Origin: an uncultured Rhabdochlamydiaceae bacterium
Lineage (GTDB): Bacteria; Chlamydiota; Chlamydiia; Chlamydiales; Rhabdochlamydiaceae
Direction of reading: 5' to 3'
NCBI GenBank assembly: GCA_963712275.1
Contig: CAVQHD010000001.1
Coordinates: 1,728,001 to 1,792,000, forward strand
Length of the DNA: 64,000 bases
The position numbers and the translations under genes are program-made. The first letter of the stretch is position 1; each line of letters opens with the position of its first letter. Below, in pieces: positions 62,836-64,000 of the stretch. The notes under the pieces are model-generated. The model saw only the letters and a list, made by a program, of their open reading frames with translations, was not told the DNA's origin and ran no database searches.

Positions 62836-64000
62836 TCACCTCCTATCCAATCTATTCGTTCTTGCTTTTCAGCAAGGCATTCGATCACTTCTTGAAAATT
62901 GCCTGGGCTCTTTTTCAAGGCAAGCATCGCCAGCACAATTTTAACGACAGAAGGTGTATAAATCCCTTTCCCTTCGTAAGATTTTTTGATAGCGCTCACA
63001 TGTGCAATATAGTGGTACAGCAGTTTGCCATCAAGCAATTGGTCTGGCTGATATTCGGCCCAGATATCTTTAATCAGGCGAATACACCGATCGATTAATT
63101 TTTTATTGGATGCACGAACATCAATCATTTGATTACCATGCACTTTATTCATGAGCACCATTGAGCTATTTGAGATTAAGTTTAATATCTGTTTGAGAAT
63201 GATGGTTTCGGTAAACCCAATCGCATCTGAAGGCGTGTTTTCTATGATTAGAGCGCAGTCATATGCATCCTTTAACTCCTTTACTTGGATTTCAGAGAGT
63301 TTCCCCCTGCAAACCACAAGCAAACCAACGGACCCACCCTGTTTTTTTGCGGCTTCTAAAACTTGGATCAGCTGATGAGGAATTGATCCAGTCTCATTTA
63401 TTTTTGCAACTCCAATTAGAAAATTACCCGCATTTATAGGACGTTTAGAAAAAGAGTTGATGCCCTCTTCTTCATAGGCAAGGAGAAAAGTTTCTGTGTC
63501 TTTGACATCTGTTGGATGGACATCTCTCCCCAAAAGGGCTGCCCATGCTTTGCTATTGTCGCCCTGTCCAATCAGATAAGCCCGAAATTCTGCCCTTTTT
63601 TTATGTATTTCGCTTTCTCTTCGTATGGGATTAGTAGAAAAGGTTGGAGATGTTTCAGTAGAGTCAATCAAGACTTCACGCATACTGTCTTCTAGGGCAA
63701 TAAAAGTCGTATACCCTTGGTTAAAATCATCTTTTAACTGCCTAAAATTAGAACGAGAGCCTGAAAAAACTTCCACTTCTATTTGAGGAAATTTTTGAAT
63801 TAACTTTAAATGGTCCTTTATAAGTTCAAGTCCTTTCTGCATTTTTAACATCAATTCTATCGGATATTCATTGGCTAGAAGTTCCTCTCCTTGAGTTAGA
63901 TAAATTGTACTTCCTAGGAGAGCTCCGAGGCATGCTTCCGCTAAGGTTGCTCCTTGTAGACGGGTTGATCCTCCAATTGCTTGTGGGCCTATATCTACAC
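62829..64000 (-). CDS. SIS-domain protein, MurQ/glucokinase-regulator-like; 5' end lies beyond the window
   Basis: Frame stays open to the window edge, reading GPQAIGGSTRLQGAT; near the C-terminus KQILNLISNSSMVLMNKVHGNQMIDVRASNKKLIDR. Confidence 0.7.
   Translation of the reverse strand, partial: VDIGPQAIGGSTRLQGATLAEACLGALLGSTIYLTQGEELLANEYPIELMLKMQKGLELIKDHLKLIQKFPQIEVEVFSGSRSNFRQLKDDFNQGYTTFIALEDSMREVLIDSTETSPTFSTNPIRRESEIHKKRAEFRAYLIGQGDNSKAWAALLGRDVHPTDVKDTETFLLAYEEEGINSFSKRPINAGNFLIGVAKINETGSIPHQLIQVLEAAKKQGGSVGLLVVCRGKLSEIQVKELKDAYDCALIIENTPSDAIGFTETIILKQILNLISNSSMVLMNKVHGNQMIDVRASNKKLIDRCIRLIKDIWAEYQPDQLLDGKLLYHYIAHVSAIKKSYEGKGIYTPSVVKIVLAMLALKKSPGNFQEVIECLAEKQERIDWIGGDQ

Overview
Chromosomal segment of an environmental Chlamydiae-type bacterium, inferred from a chlamydial gene set: two NTT/TLC transporters, double-length UvrA, PknD, a Slc1-type T3SS chaperone, yidC-dnaA and a CT253-CT259-like block. 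Housekeeping genes (pyk, uvrA, trpS, valS, kdsB, dnaG) are interspersed with accessory genes: three AAA+ ATPase/nuclease genes, Fic, Rpn, an ImmA/IrrE peptidase, an NYN remnant and several orphan membrane or effector-like genes. Two copies of a 1575-bp IS (identical transposases) lie 109 bp apart, each with its own 4-bp target duplication, and one splits a gene. The main non-genic signal is a set of palindromic miniature elements whose ends resemble this IS. They sit between genes, overlap stop codons, lie in frame inside a TPR gene, and nest inside a 101-bp inverted-repeat locus that may be a GxxExxY relic. Other signals are operator-like repeats before each AAA+ ATPase and the Fic gene, a structured leader RNA before the NYN remnant, a TrpR-headed ABC importer operon with a visible operator, and many apparently leaderless promoters. 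No rRNA, tRNA or CRISPR array was recognised. All calls come from reading the sequence by eye; no searches were run.
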